Shown piece by piece: positions 26,270-38,500 of a DNA stretch of 64,000 nt. Every line of letters begins with the position of its first letter. Within the stretch, counting starts at the first letter, position 1. The position numbers and the translations under genes were made by a program. Where the stretch lies: assembly GCA_038087875.1 (NCBI GenBank), contig CM075989.1:17176001-17240000 (forward strand), written 5' to 3'. The DNA is from Malacoraja senta (lineage: Eukaryota). The notes under the pieces are model-generated. The model did not search any database. It had not been told where the DNA came from and saw only the letters and a program-made list of their open reading frames with translations.

Positions 26270-26422
26270 CTTTGACCATTCTCCAGTTCGCCATTTGTAG
26301 CAGTTGGAATGATCCTCGCACTCCTCTTCCTCTCGGGGCTTCGCTGCAAGGTCACATTTGCTTTGAGGGTTGGTGCAATTCACTGTCCTTAGATGGGTTC
26401 CTCGACCACAGTCTGACGAACA
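26270..26422 (-). CDS. ADAMTS17: ADAMTS17 TSP1 exon: CSSDCGRGTHLRTVNCTNPQSKCDLAAKPREEEECEDHSNCYKWRTGEWSK
   Basis: 153 nt; acceptor cctgtAG, donor AAG|GTATGT; phase 0 to 0. Confidence 0.93.
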
Positions 26423-26504
26423 CTACAGGGATTGCTCAAGGTTAGTGCTTCCATTCTCCATTCACACCTCAAATCCCATTTGTTAATCATCAACATATGA
26501 TGAG

Positions 26505-26935
26505 CCTTTGATGAAACTGGGCCTCTACTCATTGGAGTTTAGAAGGATGAGGGGAGACCTCATTGAAACTTACCGAATAGTGAAAGGCTTGGATAGAGTG
26601 GATGTGGCGAGGTTATTTCCACCAGTGGGAGAGTCTTGGACCAGAGGTCATAGCCTCAGAATTAAAGGACGTTCCATTAGGAAGGAGATGAGGCAGAATT
26701 TCTTTAATCAGAGGGTGTTGAATCTGTGGAATTCATTACCACTGAAGGTGTGGAGGCCAAGTCAATGGATATTTTTACAGCAGATATAGATAGATTCTTG
26801 ATCAGTATGGGTGTCAGGGATTATGGGGAGAAGGTAGGAGAATGGGGTTAAGAGGGAAAGTTAGATCAGCCATGATTGACTGATGGCATAGACTTGATGG
26901 GCCAAATGGCCTACTTCTGCTCCTATCACTTATCT
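26505..26935 (+). mobile_element. CR1/HER1-type LINE 3' fragment
   Basis: LGLYSLEFRRMRGDLIETY..FFNQRVLNLWNSLP. Confidence 0.85.
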
Positions 26936-27759
26936 TACTCAATGTAAATATTCGTGTTCATACATTGGCATATGTTTGTCCTGCAAGGTACAAGTTTCAC
27001 TAATCCCGCAAAAAGGCTACACTTCCTAACTGTTGCAAACCAGGACTAATAGGGAGGAGAAAGGCGATGAAAGGGGTAGCATGGCAGTGTTGACAATGCT
27101 GTTTTTACAAAGTACTGAGTAACTCAGTGCGTCAGGCAGCATCTATGGAGAAGAAGGAACTGCAGATGCTGGAAAACCGATTTTCCAGCATCTCTGGAGA
27201 GCATGGTAGGTGACATTTCGTGTGAAACTTTGCCTGTCCATGTTTTCCAGAGATGCTGCCTGACCCACTAAGTTACGCTAGCACTTTGTGTCTCATCAGT
27301 TAGAGAATGGCTGACAATAGTGTGTTTTTTCGTGCCATTAGATTAAGCAACAAGCATAAAGAAGGCTTTACATCATTACATTAGGTAGCAGCTCAATCAA
27401 TTGGTGTCCACTACCACACAGGAGACTATTTGATCGATCCTCCCAATTCTGGTTCTTCAAAGAAACTAACTTTTAATTCTATTTGCTCAATCTCTTTGCA
27501 CCAACCGTACAAATATTTCTCCTTCGGTTCTTAATCAAATCCCTTTAGAAAGTTTTTGCTGAATCATCTTCTGCCCCTCTTACAGGCAGTGCATCGCAAA
27601 CATTGACAACTTACTGTACAAATATAAATCTACTCAACTCTCCAATGATTCTATTGGAAATCCACCAAATTCAATATTCGTCACATGCCTGACATCTGAA
27701 ATAATACTCCCACATTGTTCATTTCTTGACCCTGACCATTCCCATCTGTATTCTAAGCA

Positions 27760-27981
27760 GGACATAAGATGCTGGAGTACTGCAGCGTGTCAGGCAGCAT
27801 CTCTGGAGAAAAGGAATAGGTGGCGTTTCGGGTTGAGACCCACCTTCAGACTGAAGAAAGGGTCTCGTGCTGAAATGTCACCTACTCCTTTTCTCCAGAG
27901 ATGCTTCCTGACCCGTTGAGTTACTCCTGCATTTCATGCCTATCTTCGGTGTAAACCAGCATCTGCAGTTCCTTCCCACAC
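27760..27981. mobile_element. Palindromic Penelope-derived repeat
   Basis: Near-perfect inverted arms centred on cttcagactgaag. Confidence 0.7.
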
Positions 27982-28914
27982 ATCTATTTCAAACAAATTT
28001 GTCCTGTTTTATTTTTCAGATTTCCAATGCTTGTGACTTTCTTTATCTCTCGGTGACCTGCCCTGAACGAAGGCCTCTCACAATCCATCGTCTCACACTC
28101 AGCTTGAATGGATGGCCTGGAATCAACAACAGAGTTGAAGCAACCGGCCGAGGCGACTTTGGAAATCTGCCCGTGTTAAATTGACCGGGTGCCATCCCAA
28201 TCTCCGACTTCAATTGATGCAGTTAAAATATTTTCATTGAAGGGTTTACTGAGAAGTTATAAAATAGGATTGTGGATTAAATAGCACTCAAAAAAACAAA
28301 ATCTTTGATTAATCAGGACCATGTGTCTGAGATTAAAGCACACACATGCACTCTAAACCTGATGAAGGAGAACACATCGACGTTTCAGTTCAATCCATTG
28401 GTATTGAGCAAATTGTGGATTAAGTGGAGGATTTAAGATAACCACAAAAGTCTGTACCCTGCGGCCTGCCATTACAGGTATGAGATATGACAATAGGAGT
28501 ATGCAGTGTGTCAGATGAAAGTGAAAGATGCCGAAACGCCAATGGATGTGGAGCTGAAATAGAACTTCCTCCACGTGAAGAGCTACTTGTCTCTGACATA
28601 TATGCATTTGAGACGTCCAACTGAAACTAAATACTACTTCCGCAGGTCAAAATTGACTTAAATTCACATTGGTTGGTTCCCATTCAAAATAGTTCACATG
28701 GAGAGGCTTAGTTGTGTCAGGCCACAGGAGCTTCTGTAATTGCACAAGTCGATGGGACACTAGGTCTCCTTTCTCCATCTAGTGATCCCTAGGATTTCTG
28801 GAAACAACGGATTAAGGGTGTCCTCCATCCAGAACTGTGACACGACCAGGGAAGTGAAACAAAGGTAATGTGACAAAGGACAGCACAACAGTGCAGCAAG
28901 TGGAACTGCTGGAA

Positions 28915-29352
28915 AGAGTGGAGAGCTATAGGGAGAGGTTGGACAAGCGAGGACTTTATTCCATGGAGCACAGGAGGCTGAGGGGTGATCTTATAGAGGT
29001 GTATTAAATCATGAGGGAATAGATAAAGTGAATGCAGTGTCTTTTACCCAGAGGAGATAAATCAAGAACCAGATGACATAAGTTTAATGTGGGAGAGGAA
29101 AGATTTGATTGGAACCTTAGGGGCAACCTTTTCACTCAGAGGCTGATGGGTATATGGAATATGCTGCCAAAGATGGTCATTGAGGTGGTTACTATAACAG
29201 GATTTAAAAGATACTTGAACAGGTACATGGCTAGGAAAGGTTTGGAGGGATTTGGGTCAAGCACAGGCAAATGGGACTAGCTTAGATGGGACAGCTTGGT
29301 AGACATGGACAAGTTGGGCCCTAGAGCCTGTTTCTATGTTGCGTGACTCTAT
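28915..29352 (+). mobile_element. CR1/HER1-type LINE 3' fragment
   Basis: Degenerate ORF2 end and tail. Confidence 0.75.
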
Positions 29353-29744
29353 GCTGCTCCATGGCGACATGTGGCCTGGCTTCAATCCTGATCTCGGTAA
29401 CTGTCTTTGTGGAGTTTGCATATTCTCACACCAGTTGGATGGGTTTCCTCCTGCAGCTGTTCCAGTTTCCTCCCACCTCAAAAGAAGTGCAGTTTGGTAT
29501 GCTAACTGTCTGCTGTAAATTGCCTTCGGTGTGCAGGTGAATGGTAGGATCTTGGGGGAGTTAATGGGAATGTGTGGAGAAAAAAGTGGGATTAACATGG
29601 ATTTGATGTAAATGTGTGGTTGATGATTGGTGTGGTTCTATGAAATTAGTTCTGGAATTATGAAATTGTGGAACATTATGATTTAATATATGCTGCACGA
29701 ATCAACTGTAAAGTAGTGTGACATATTAAAGGTCTTAACTCTGA

Positions 29745-30058
29745 AAAGAGTCTCTTGTCCAGAGTAGGGGAATCGAGGACCAGAGGGCATAGGTTTAAGG
29801 TGAAAGGGGAAAGAGATCTGAGGGATAACTTTTTCACACACACAGGGTGGTGGTGTATGGAAGGCACTGCCGGAGGAGGTATTGAGGCAGGGACTATTGC
29901 AATGTTTAAGAAGCAATTAGACAAGTACATGGATATGACAGGTTTAGAGGGATATGGGCCAAACGCAGGCAAGTGGGACTAGTGTAGATGGGACACGTTG
30001 GTGGGTGCGGGCAAGTAGGGCCGAAGGGCCTGTTTCCACAATGTATGACTTTATGACT
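29745..30058 (+). mobile_element. CR1/HER1-type LINE 3' fragment
   Basis: RVGESRTRGHRFKV..FKKQLDKYM..GYGPNAGKWD. Confidence 0.8.
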
Positions 30059-30280
30059 AAACACATTATACAGTAAAATGTGAACAAATCTAAAAAAGGA
30101 CTACACTGATGAACATAATTCTTATAATGATTGCAAAGAAGCTGATTCACTGACAGGCACAGAGAGAAAGAGAGAGTGTGGGGTTACAGTGAGATTCACC
30201 ATTATACAGCTCATGTAACAAGATGCAAGCGTGGTCTATCAGTGACTAGACTTTATGTTTATTCGTTAAGAAGCATGTAC

Positions 30281-30485
30281 CTTTGACCAGTCCGAGGCTT
30301 CCCATATTGTGAGGCATTCACGGCCTTCACAGCCCTGCACTGTAGACAGTCTTGGACCAAGGCAGTAGAGGTTTCTTGTGTTGAAATAGGTGCCGTTTTG
30401 TAGCTGATAGACACAGGTCACGTTCCGAACCTGAGTTCCTTTACCACAGGTCCTGGAGCATGGAGACCAATTGCCTCCCACCCAC
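30281..30485 (-). CDS. ADAMTS17: ADAMTS17 TSP1 exon: (W)[68 protein letters not shown]
   Basis: 205 nt; acceptor actcAG, donor [20 protein letters not shown] is characteristic of ADAMTS17; phase 2 to 0. Confidence 0.94.
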
Positions 30486-31067
30486 CTGAGTCAAGAGAAA
30501 ATCATATCTGCATCTCAATCATTACCAAAAAAAGACCAATCATACGACCCTTTCCAAAGCAATTGAAGCAATGATCAGAGGTAAATTATGGAAGAGTTCT
30601 TTGTTTAAATCGATTGCTTCTATTCAGAATTTCAGTGTTTTCTTTTCTCAAACTAATTCAATAAAAAATTAGACAGGTGTCTGGAGTGCACAGTCAAGGG
30701 GGATATTGGAGGCAGGTTTAGAGGCACAAAGTTCAAATACGAGCTGGATTGGGACAGAGAAGGCAGGGGGAATGGGACCACCTGCATGCACTGCACACAG
30801 GAAGGCAGGATACTGATTTTAGAGAGGATAGTGAAATCAGGCAGTGACCACTCCACTGGGATCAATGATGTTTTCAGCATCTGAAGTTAATTCTCTTAGA
30901 TTCATCTAGTTTGAGGACATGACTGGGTACTGTAATAAATTCTGAGTAAAATATCCACATCTCTTTTGATTCGTTCATTTTTGGGGCAATATTTACACAC
31001 ATGTACATGACAGCTCATCGTAGCTTCACAACGAACAAGCATTAAAAAGCCATGATTAATTGTAATC

Positions 31068-31165
31068 GAAGGTAGACAAAAATGCTGGAGAAACTCAGCG
31101 GGTGAGGCAGCATCTATGGAGTGAAGGAATCGGTGACGTTTCGGGTCGAGACCCTTCTTCAGACT
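31068..31165 (-). mobile_element. Penelope-derived arm with intact minimal hammerhead core
   Basis: Minus strand CTGAAGA A GGGTC TC GACCC GAAA CGTC. Confidence 0.7.
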
Positions 31166-31380
31166 TATATAATCAGATTGGGCTCCTTTCTAGATCCAAG
31201 CTCTCCAACACTAAAGCCTGGCGCTAGATTCAGCTGACACTTCAATGCAGTGCGGAGAGCGTGCTACATTGTCAGAGGAACTCTCTTTTGGATGAAGCTT
31301 TAAAAAAAATGTCGCAATGGTTCAGGCCTATTGTTCGATGTTCCGTTGCTCCACAGCAAATGTCGGGAATTATCCTGATA

Positions 31381-31570
31381 TAGACAATAGACAATAGGTG
31401 CAGGAGTAGGCCATTTGGCCCTTCGAGCCAGCACCGCCATTCAATGTGATCATGGCTGATCATCCCCAATCAGTACCCCGTTCCTGCCTTCTCTCCATAA
31501 CCCCTGACTCCGCTATTTTTAAGAGCCCTATCTAGCTCTCTCTTGAAAGCATCCAGAGAACCTGCCTCCA
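31381..31570 (-). mobile_element. CR1 3' tail
   Basis: Nearly identical in reverse to about 49410-49596; (CTATTGT)n end. Confidence 0.8.
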
Positions 31571-32075
31571 TATCTTGGCCAATATCCCTCATTTGAAACA
31601 GTGGAACCAGGAACTGTTTGTCACCTACCGTAGTTATCTGTGTGCACATTCACCCATGTAATGACATGCACCCTACAACCAATCAATCCTTGATTTGTGA
31701 ATTTCTGCCTAATCTCCAAAGACATTGTGGGTACATGTCTTTGATTTATGAATCTGTTTTTTTGCAATAAAGAATGGGATGCCACTCTCTGCAATCTGTG
31801 AAAAACTGCCCCAAATGCCAAAATACATTTTACCCTGCCTTATTGATTTACAAATTTTTGCCTGCATTTTGACCAAATGAAATGTGTTTCTTATGTCAAG
31901 TATAGAATGGCAGTATCCCAACAATAAACCACACTTGACTGCAGTCGATAAACTACACATTAAAAACTGGGCTCTCTATAAATGGAAGCTGTCAATGCCG
32001 ATTGTTAACTGTGGAAATTAATGTCCAAGTGACTTGGGCTCTGGCACGTTTCTTTTTCGTTGTAGCGGCACTTAC

Positions 32076-32211
32076 CATGACTGGCACGGATGTATGTTGC
32101 ATCTCCGGACTTGGGGATCAATGCGAGCCAGGTGCCGGCAGTCGCTGTCGTTCGTTACTGTCAACGTCTTGTTAACAATCTTGGCGCAGTGGACAAGTGT
32201 TCTGCGCTCAC
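32076..32211 (-). CDS. ADAMTS17: ADAMTS17 TSP1 exon: (G)[44 protein letters not shown](W)
   Basis: 136 nt; acceptor tttttAG, donor TG|GTAAGT; phase 1 to 2. Confidence 0.93.
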
Positions 32212-33202
32212 CTAAAAACAATGAAGAGAAGAAACACCAGTGATGTGAGTTTGTTCAAGCGTTGGACCTTGACATTCACCTGTGTTACACTGGAGAAAGA
32301 GTCAAGATTCAAGATTGTTTTGTTGTCGCATGTACCAAACATTGTACTCTGTAAAAAATATAATGAACGAAACAAAGTTCAGTACACACACACACGCATA
32401 TATAGATATATACACCCACACATACATAAGTACATACATACATATACATAAAAACAAACAATAATAGTGCAAAAAGACCAAACCAATGCTGCCAATGACC
32501 CTGCAATGGGTAAAAGCAGCTCCTGTGGAGTGATGCAATCCAGTGCATGTCACTGGGAGTTCAGGCCCATATCACAACCATCGTCTGTTCACTTTTTCCT
32601 GAGGTTTTCATGTTCACTGGCATCATTGCTCCAGCATCAAACTTGTCCACATGGCATCAACAGTGGTGCGATGGCCAAAATTTGCCATCGACCAGATACT
32701 CAACCATTGCGGTCCAGAGGTGGGAGTTGCTGGTCTCTCCCAGCAGAAGCACCTTTCACTAACGCTGAAGGAACAACTTTAGTTGCGGTGCCCATCACTA
32801 CAAGTCTGCATTCAACTCACACTCAACATCCTCCCCGCCGTGAATCTCCAAATGCTTTGCCACAACCAACCCACCTTCTGCTGCCCGCTGGTCCAGAGCT
32901 GACACTCGTCTTCCAGGATGACATGGGTCTCCAACACACTCCTCACAGGCACCGCACCAGGCGGGAGGTGAACATGGCCTCGGTCTCGGCCCCAGCAACA
33001 CAGCTTCACATGAGACCACAGGTCGGTGCAGTGGTGCAGATAGTAGAGCCGCTGCCTCACAGCTCGAGTGACCTGGGTTCAATCCTGACCTCGGGCGCTG
33101 TCTGCGTGGAGTTTGCACATTCTCAATGTGACCGTGCGGGTTCCCCTTGGGTGCTGTGTGGATGCCTTCTCCCAAATGCCAGAGACATGCAGGTTGGTGG
33201 AT

Positions 33203-33402
33203 NNNNNNNNNNNNNNNNNNNNNNNNNNNNNNNNNNNNNNNNNNNNNNNNNNNNNNNNNNNNNNNNNNNNNNNNNNNNNNNNNNNNNNNNNNNNNNNNNN
33301 NNNNNNNNNNNNNNNNNNNNNNNNNNNNNNNNNNNNNNNNNNNNNNNNNNNNNNNNNNNNNNNNNNNNNNNNNNNNNNNNNNNNNNNNNNNNNNNNNNNN
33401 NN
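33203..33402. other. Assembly gap (200 N)
   Basis: Run of N truncating a V-SINE copy at about 33020-33202. Confidence 1.
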
Positions 33403-34964
33403 TCCCAGTGGAAGTCAGGATCCCCCTCCCTCAGCCCCAGGACCATCCCAGACGCTCCTGCTGATGTCCGTCACATCTCATGGTCTGCTGATCGAGGGGA
33501 GGGGGGGTCACTGATCCTCTCCACTCCACAAGGACAGGCTTCAAGTTCTGACTCCATGCTGGCTCAGAAACAGCAAGTGTTCCTCTCCCCTCGTCCAACT
33601 CCTCCCCACCCCCAGCAACAGGCAGACCCGCGCTGCAGTCCCATCGCAGCGTGCAGCCGCTCAGAGACTGCGCTCGCGTCCCAACAGAGAGCTGTCAGAG
33701 CCTACACCCAAGTGTGCCTGGTTGTGGTCCCCTCCTCTTCCCCCTCCACTTGGACAGATGTGATCCACCAGTCCCTTGAGATCGCTGACAGCAAATGTGG
33801 AGCCCTCTCCCAGCCATTCAGGAAACTTTGGAGCAAGCATGATGAAGGAAGCACCACTCTCCAGGAGCCGGCAGAGTGCTTCGAATGGTGTGACTGTAGT
33901 TTTAAAGGGCACCTGAAGAGCCATCAGCCGTATGTCTCAGTCTTGTGCAGCTGTAGAGATATTCATCTTGAGCTTTTCAACAACACTTGCTGTTTCTGAG
34001 CCAGCACGGAGTCAGAACTTGGAGCCTGACAGTGGCAACTTTAAACAATGATACTGAATTTTGTGACTTTGTAGAGAATTTAACACAGTATTTGGGAGAC
34101 ATCCAATGATGATTCATTGCTGAAGGAATGGTGCTGATTTGCTTCTGGAACTAGGTTTTTGCATTCAATCTCTGAAGCTGTCTCTCTGTACAATTCAACT
34201 CATAGGTAGGACTTAGTTCCCTTAGCCAAAGGATCAAAAACCAACAACATAGATTTAAAGTAATTGGTAAAAGGATTAGATAGGGGATAAGGAAAGATGT
34301 TTTTTTCAGCCAGAGGGTAAGAGAGGTCTGGAACTCTCCCTTATAGGGTGCTGAAGGCAGCAAGCTGTTCATCTCATTTACACAGTACTTGTGTGTATAG
34401 CTGAGGTGCTGTGACCTTCAGGGTACAAACCCACAGTGGGAAGATAGGATCAGTCCAGGTAGCTCAATTTTGACCGGCACAGTCACAATGGGCCAAATGG
34501 CCTCCTTCTTGGTTGTAAATATTCAATGATTTTTTTTTTCATGCATTTGTAAAACGTAAATCTACTGCTGCATGATCAGTACGCTTCTCCGCCAGATTAT
34601 TCGCTCACCATGTTTTGTGTTAAACACCTCTGTCCATTTTTAAAATATAGGTAGCAGTCCCATTCATTTTTGTTCAGAATATCAAAGAAAATCTACTTTC
34701 GTTCAGCTGTCAACACTTAAACAAGAGAGTATTGTTAAACTGCATCGACAGAATGTTTCGCCATTTGCTGGTCCTGTCCTACGATTTCAAGCAACATTGC
34801 AACAAAAGTTTGCGACGTCTGGCTCTGGGAAATGGCTCTCCCCTTTCCCTTACCCCATATCCAATATCCATCCAATTTCCTTCTGCAGAAAGTTACTGCA
34901 TCTTTTTCCATCAACCTGTCGGTAAGTATAACCTAGAATGCATCTGGACGACACAGATATCACA

Positions 34965-35018
34965 GGGGTGGGAGATTGCAACCTTCACGTGGTCCGCCCT
35001 GTTTCGACGAATGCAATC
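34965..35018 (+). ncRNA. Minimal HDV-like (CPEB3-type) self-cleaving ribozyme motif
   Basis: P1 GGGGUGG (34965-71)/CCGCCCU (34994-35000); P2 GAUUGCA (34974-80)/UGCAAUC (35012-18); P3 ACC/GGU; L3 UUCACGU; GU; UUCGA in place of P4; J4/2 CGAA. Confidence 0.8.
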
Positions 35019-35107
35019 AACCTGGCGTGCACAATCAAATAAGATCAAATAGAACAAGTTGTCCTACAACTTTAGGCTGTGCACGTCATACGCCAGAAGA
35101 AGAAGAT
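34965..35107 (+). mobile_element. Short non-autonomous non-LTR retroelement with ribozyme head and (AGA)n tail
   Basis: Direct repeat AGATATCACA at 34955-34964 and 35108-35117; 3' stem-loop; AGAAGAAGAAGA tail. Confidence 0.85.
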
Positions 35108-35396
35108 AGATATCACACATGCTGCACACTGCACAGGACCCTCAGACCAAGAGGATAGGCACAGAATGAGGCAGAGGTTGAGAACCCACTGAAATAAATC
35201 CACAAAACTCCCTCAACTATCAAAAAATCCCCCTGCAGACTAATTATTCAGCATTGATTATTTTCTATGGATGCCATTTTGAGCACAGCCAGTTATTGCA
35301 TAAGGAAAAGGACCAGGAAGGAATTTGAGTGAACAATTTATATGTAAAAATGCAGAGTAAATAACATTACTTTTCTACCTTGTTTTTAAATTTCCT

Positions 35397-35630
35397 AGAT
35401 GCAGACCTGGGTACAGGAGGTCTTCAGTCAGGTACAATAGGGCTTGACTCGGGTACAGAAAGTCAGTCAGGTATAAATTCCCCAGCTAGTCTGTACCTGA
35501 CAGAAGACCTTCTGTACCCAGGTCTGGATCTGCTGTATCTCGGTGTGGCCTTTCTGATCTTGGTGTGGGCCTGTTGTACCCAGTTGTGGACCTACTGTGC
35601 CCAGGTGTGGCAGGGCTGTAAACAGGGTGG
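35397..35630. repeat. Inverted array of degenerate 21-bp units
   Basis: Four xxGGTAyA units facing seven TGTACCxxG-like units; about 40-bp near-perfect stem. Confidence 0.75.
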
Positions 35631-36854
35631 CACCACACTTAAACTGATTCACTCATTTCCAGAAGTGCAGTGGCTTAACAGCTCTTGCAGTGGAGAGTGT
35701 ATCACAATGCTGTGGGTGCTTGTTTCTTGAAGACACATTCACACCACAACCGAGTGGTGCCTGTCCCAGAGTCAGCAGGTCACCTTTATGTGATTCAACC
35801 CATCTTCACCAAAGCCATGGGCTTCATTTGACAGTAACTCTGGGTAATGGCAGACTGATGGGCAACAGATCCCAGACACTGCAACTATTTGCTAACTCTT
35901 GTCTATTCAGGTACCATCTGACTGGCTTAAAATCACAACAGATGTATCTCTGAGTGCAATGAGATGCCACAATGTCAATGAAGCTTCAGTACAAAGAAAA
36001 GTGAAAGCAAGGCCTGGTTTGCTCCCTCGGGTCACACTATAGAACTTAGTGGGAAGCCCCACTGGCTGGTTGCATGCTGGAAATCACTGACTCATCGTCT
36101 TTCATTAGGAACATTGAAACCAGAAGCAGGTGCAGTCCTTCGGTTCCCAGTGAATCGCTAGCCCTCAATTAATTTCATTACTCATTATCTCAATGGAGTT
36201 AATGGCATCTCGCTGTGAAAGAGAAAAAAGCTGCCAGCTTCGCTGCATTATGAAAGTGGCAGCAGCTTAAAAATACTTTATTGATCATGAGGAGTTTTGT
36301 AATATCCTGAAGTTATGAAAGAGTCTAAAAGCAATGTCTTCTTTCTAATTGCCTCTATCCTCTGTAGGGAGTCGAATGCCCAATGCAATTGGCCTGTGGA
36401 ATTATTTGTTTTTAGTGAGGCTCTGATATATTCAGCGGTGATGTTACCTGCACTTCTCTCACTCTCACTGTGGGGTGAGTTTGGGTCTATTAGCCACTGT
36501 TCCCAGTGGAGTTCAGTCTTCCCGCCGCTGAGTGCAATTTCAATAATTTGTTACTGAGAAGTACCAATGAATAATTTACAGCTAAAAGGTAGATCTTACA
36601 CTGTCTCTGTTTATAGTGAGCCTGAAGTAGCCAAGGACACCACTCTGACTGCACCGGGATTCTCTCCACAAAAGCAATTTTATAAAATCTAGTCGTTCGT
36701 GTTTAACTCTGAAATTGGATGCCTCAACAAAATGTCTGCTTGGATGGTTGTCAAGGGAGGACAGATTCTTTATCTTCAAAACATTGTCTACTTTCTGCCA
36801 GCTGTTTTCTTTGCTGTCTGACCGTAGCTTGAAGCCTTCCATTAAGGACATCAT

Positions 36855-37410
36855 AAATAGAAGCAGCAGTAGGCCATTCGGCCCTATGCACCTGTTCTAA
36901 CATTCACTAAAACCAAGGCTGATTTACCTCAGCAACACATGGCCCCATATCCCTTGATTGATCCCCTCAATATTGAATATACAGTATCCAGTGTCCGAAT
37001 CTCCATACCATTCCTGGGTAGTACCATTCCAAAGATTCACCATTCCCCTTGTTGAAGAATGTTCTTCTTTGCTCCGTTACAACCAACCCCTTATTCGGAG
37101 ACTGACCTCTGGATGTTTCAGCCAGAGGAGACATCCTCTCTGCGTCTATCCTGTCAGGACCTCAAAAGGTTTTAGTCTATTTCAATGTGGTCACTTCACA
37201 TGTCCAAACTCAGAGACGGTAAAATCATCAGCCTGCTTAACCTTAATTCTCCCACTGCAAGAGTCAACCAGGTGCACTCTGTCACAAGTATAAGCTTCAT
37301 TCGGTATAGAGACCAGACATATGCACAATATTGCAACTGTGTTCTCAACAAGACCTTACAGGAGTGCAGTAGTTTGCACTTGTACTTAAATCCCGTTGCA
37401 ATAAAAACCA
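36855..37410 (-). mobile_element. Old CR1-type LINE fragment
   Basis: Degenerate LLRTQLQYCAYVWS motif; CR1-like tail. Confidence 0.6.
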
Positions 37411-37836
37411 ACATACGATACACCAATGGTACGAACATTGAATTATCCAATTTTAGGTAACCTTTTACAACCCTATCCCCCTCCCCCTCCCCTTTCTCCC
37501 CCACACCCACCTGGTCTTGTATGGGGGAAGACTGGCGGGGTTACTCAACAGAGAACATGTATTCCTTCTCCAAATTCCTCCACGTTTCTTCTCAAGTTAC
37601 ACACCACCCAATTCTCTCCTCTTTTTCAAACTCCCCCATTCATAATCTCTGGACCATCCAGTCCACACACTCTTCCCGTCACATTTCTCCAGTAAAAACA
37701 ATGCATAAAGATACTATCAAATGTAATAGAGCAAATCAGACAGTATTATATAAGTACAACTGGAATTTGGGAATATCACTGATCTCCCTTGACCGCCCAT
37801 GGCAAATGCAAAATGATAGCTAATTATTGACTATAC

Positions 37837-37996
37837 CTCCTCCACACTGCGCACTGCAGTTCCCCCAGCCAATGTTTGTCCACAAGTAAAGAGGTTCCAG
37901 TGGTTTGTGCATCACATTGCTATCTTCAGTTGACTTGTTCACCGGGATTGTGTATTCATAGTGGATGCCATAGCTTTTATCATGGAATAACAGCAC
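37837..37996 (-). CDS. ADAMTS17: ADAMTS17 exon, spacer end and TSP1 start: VLLFHDKSYGIHYEYTIPVNKSTEDSNVMHKPLEPLYLWTNIGWGNCSAQCGG-G
   Basis: 160 nt; acceptor aaatAG, donor G|GTATAG; phase 0 to 1. Confidence 0.93.
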
Positions 37997-38211
37997 CTAT
38001 TTTGCAAAATAACAGGCATTCGTCATAATGAAAGTTATAACAGCATTTTAACATTCTGTAGAATAATTCTGTAAATCGGAGAGTTATATTATTGATATTG
38101 TTATCAATACTATAGGCTTTCTTTTAATCAAAAACAAGACTCACACAATCAATCCTTTTATTTGTAGGCAAAAAGATAATTCAGGTGACGCTATTAGCTG
38201 CTGTACATCAA

Positions 38212-38500
38212 TTTAGTTTAGTTTAGAGATACAAAGCAGAAACAGGCGCTTCAGCCCACGGAGTCCACGCTGACCAGTGATCCCCGTACACCAACATCAT
38301 CCTACACACACTACGGCCAATTAACCTACAAACCTGTACGTCTTTGGAGTGTGGGAGGAAACCGGAGCACCCGGAGAAAAACCACGCAGGTCATGGAGAG
38401 AACGTACAAATTCCGTATAGACAGCACCCGTGGGTCAAGATTGAACTCGGGTCTCTGGCGCAGTAAGGCAGCAACTCTACCGCTTCGCCACCGTGTCACC
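38212..38500 (-). mobile_element. HE1-type V-SINE
   Basis: Full reverse copy with (TTTAG)n. Confidence 0.85.

Noticed and set aside
28358..28630. CTGATGA..GAAAC motifs suggesting another hammerhead
   Set aside because: No helix II can be formed between the core motifs at a usable spacing
32467..33999. 510-aa ORF, the longest in the track
   Set aside because: Reads through the 200-N gap and SINE/decayed repeat sequence; no recognisable domain
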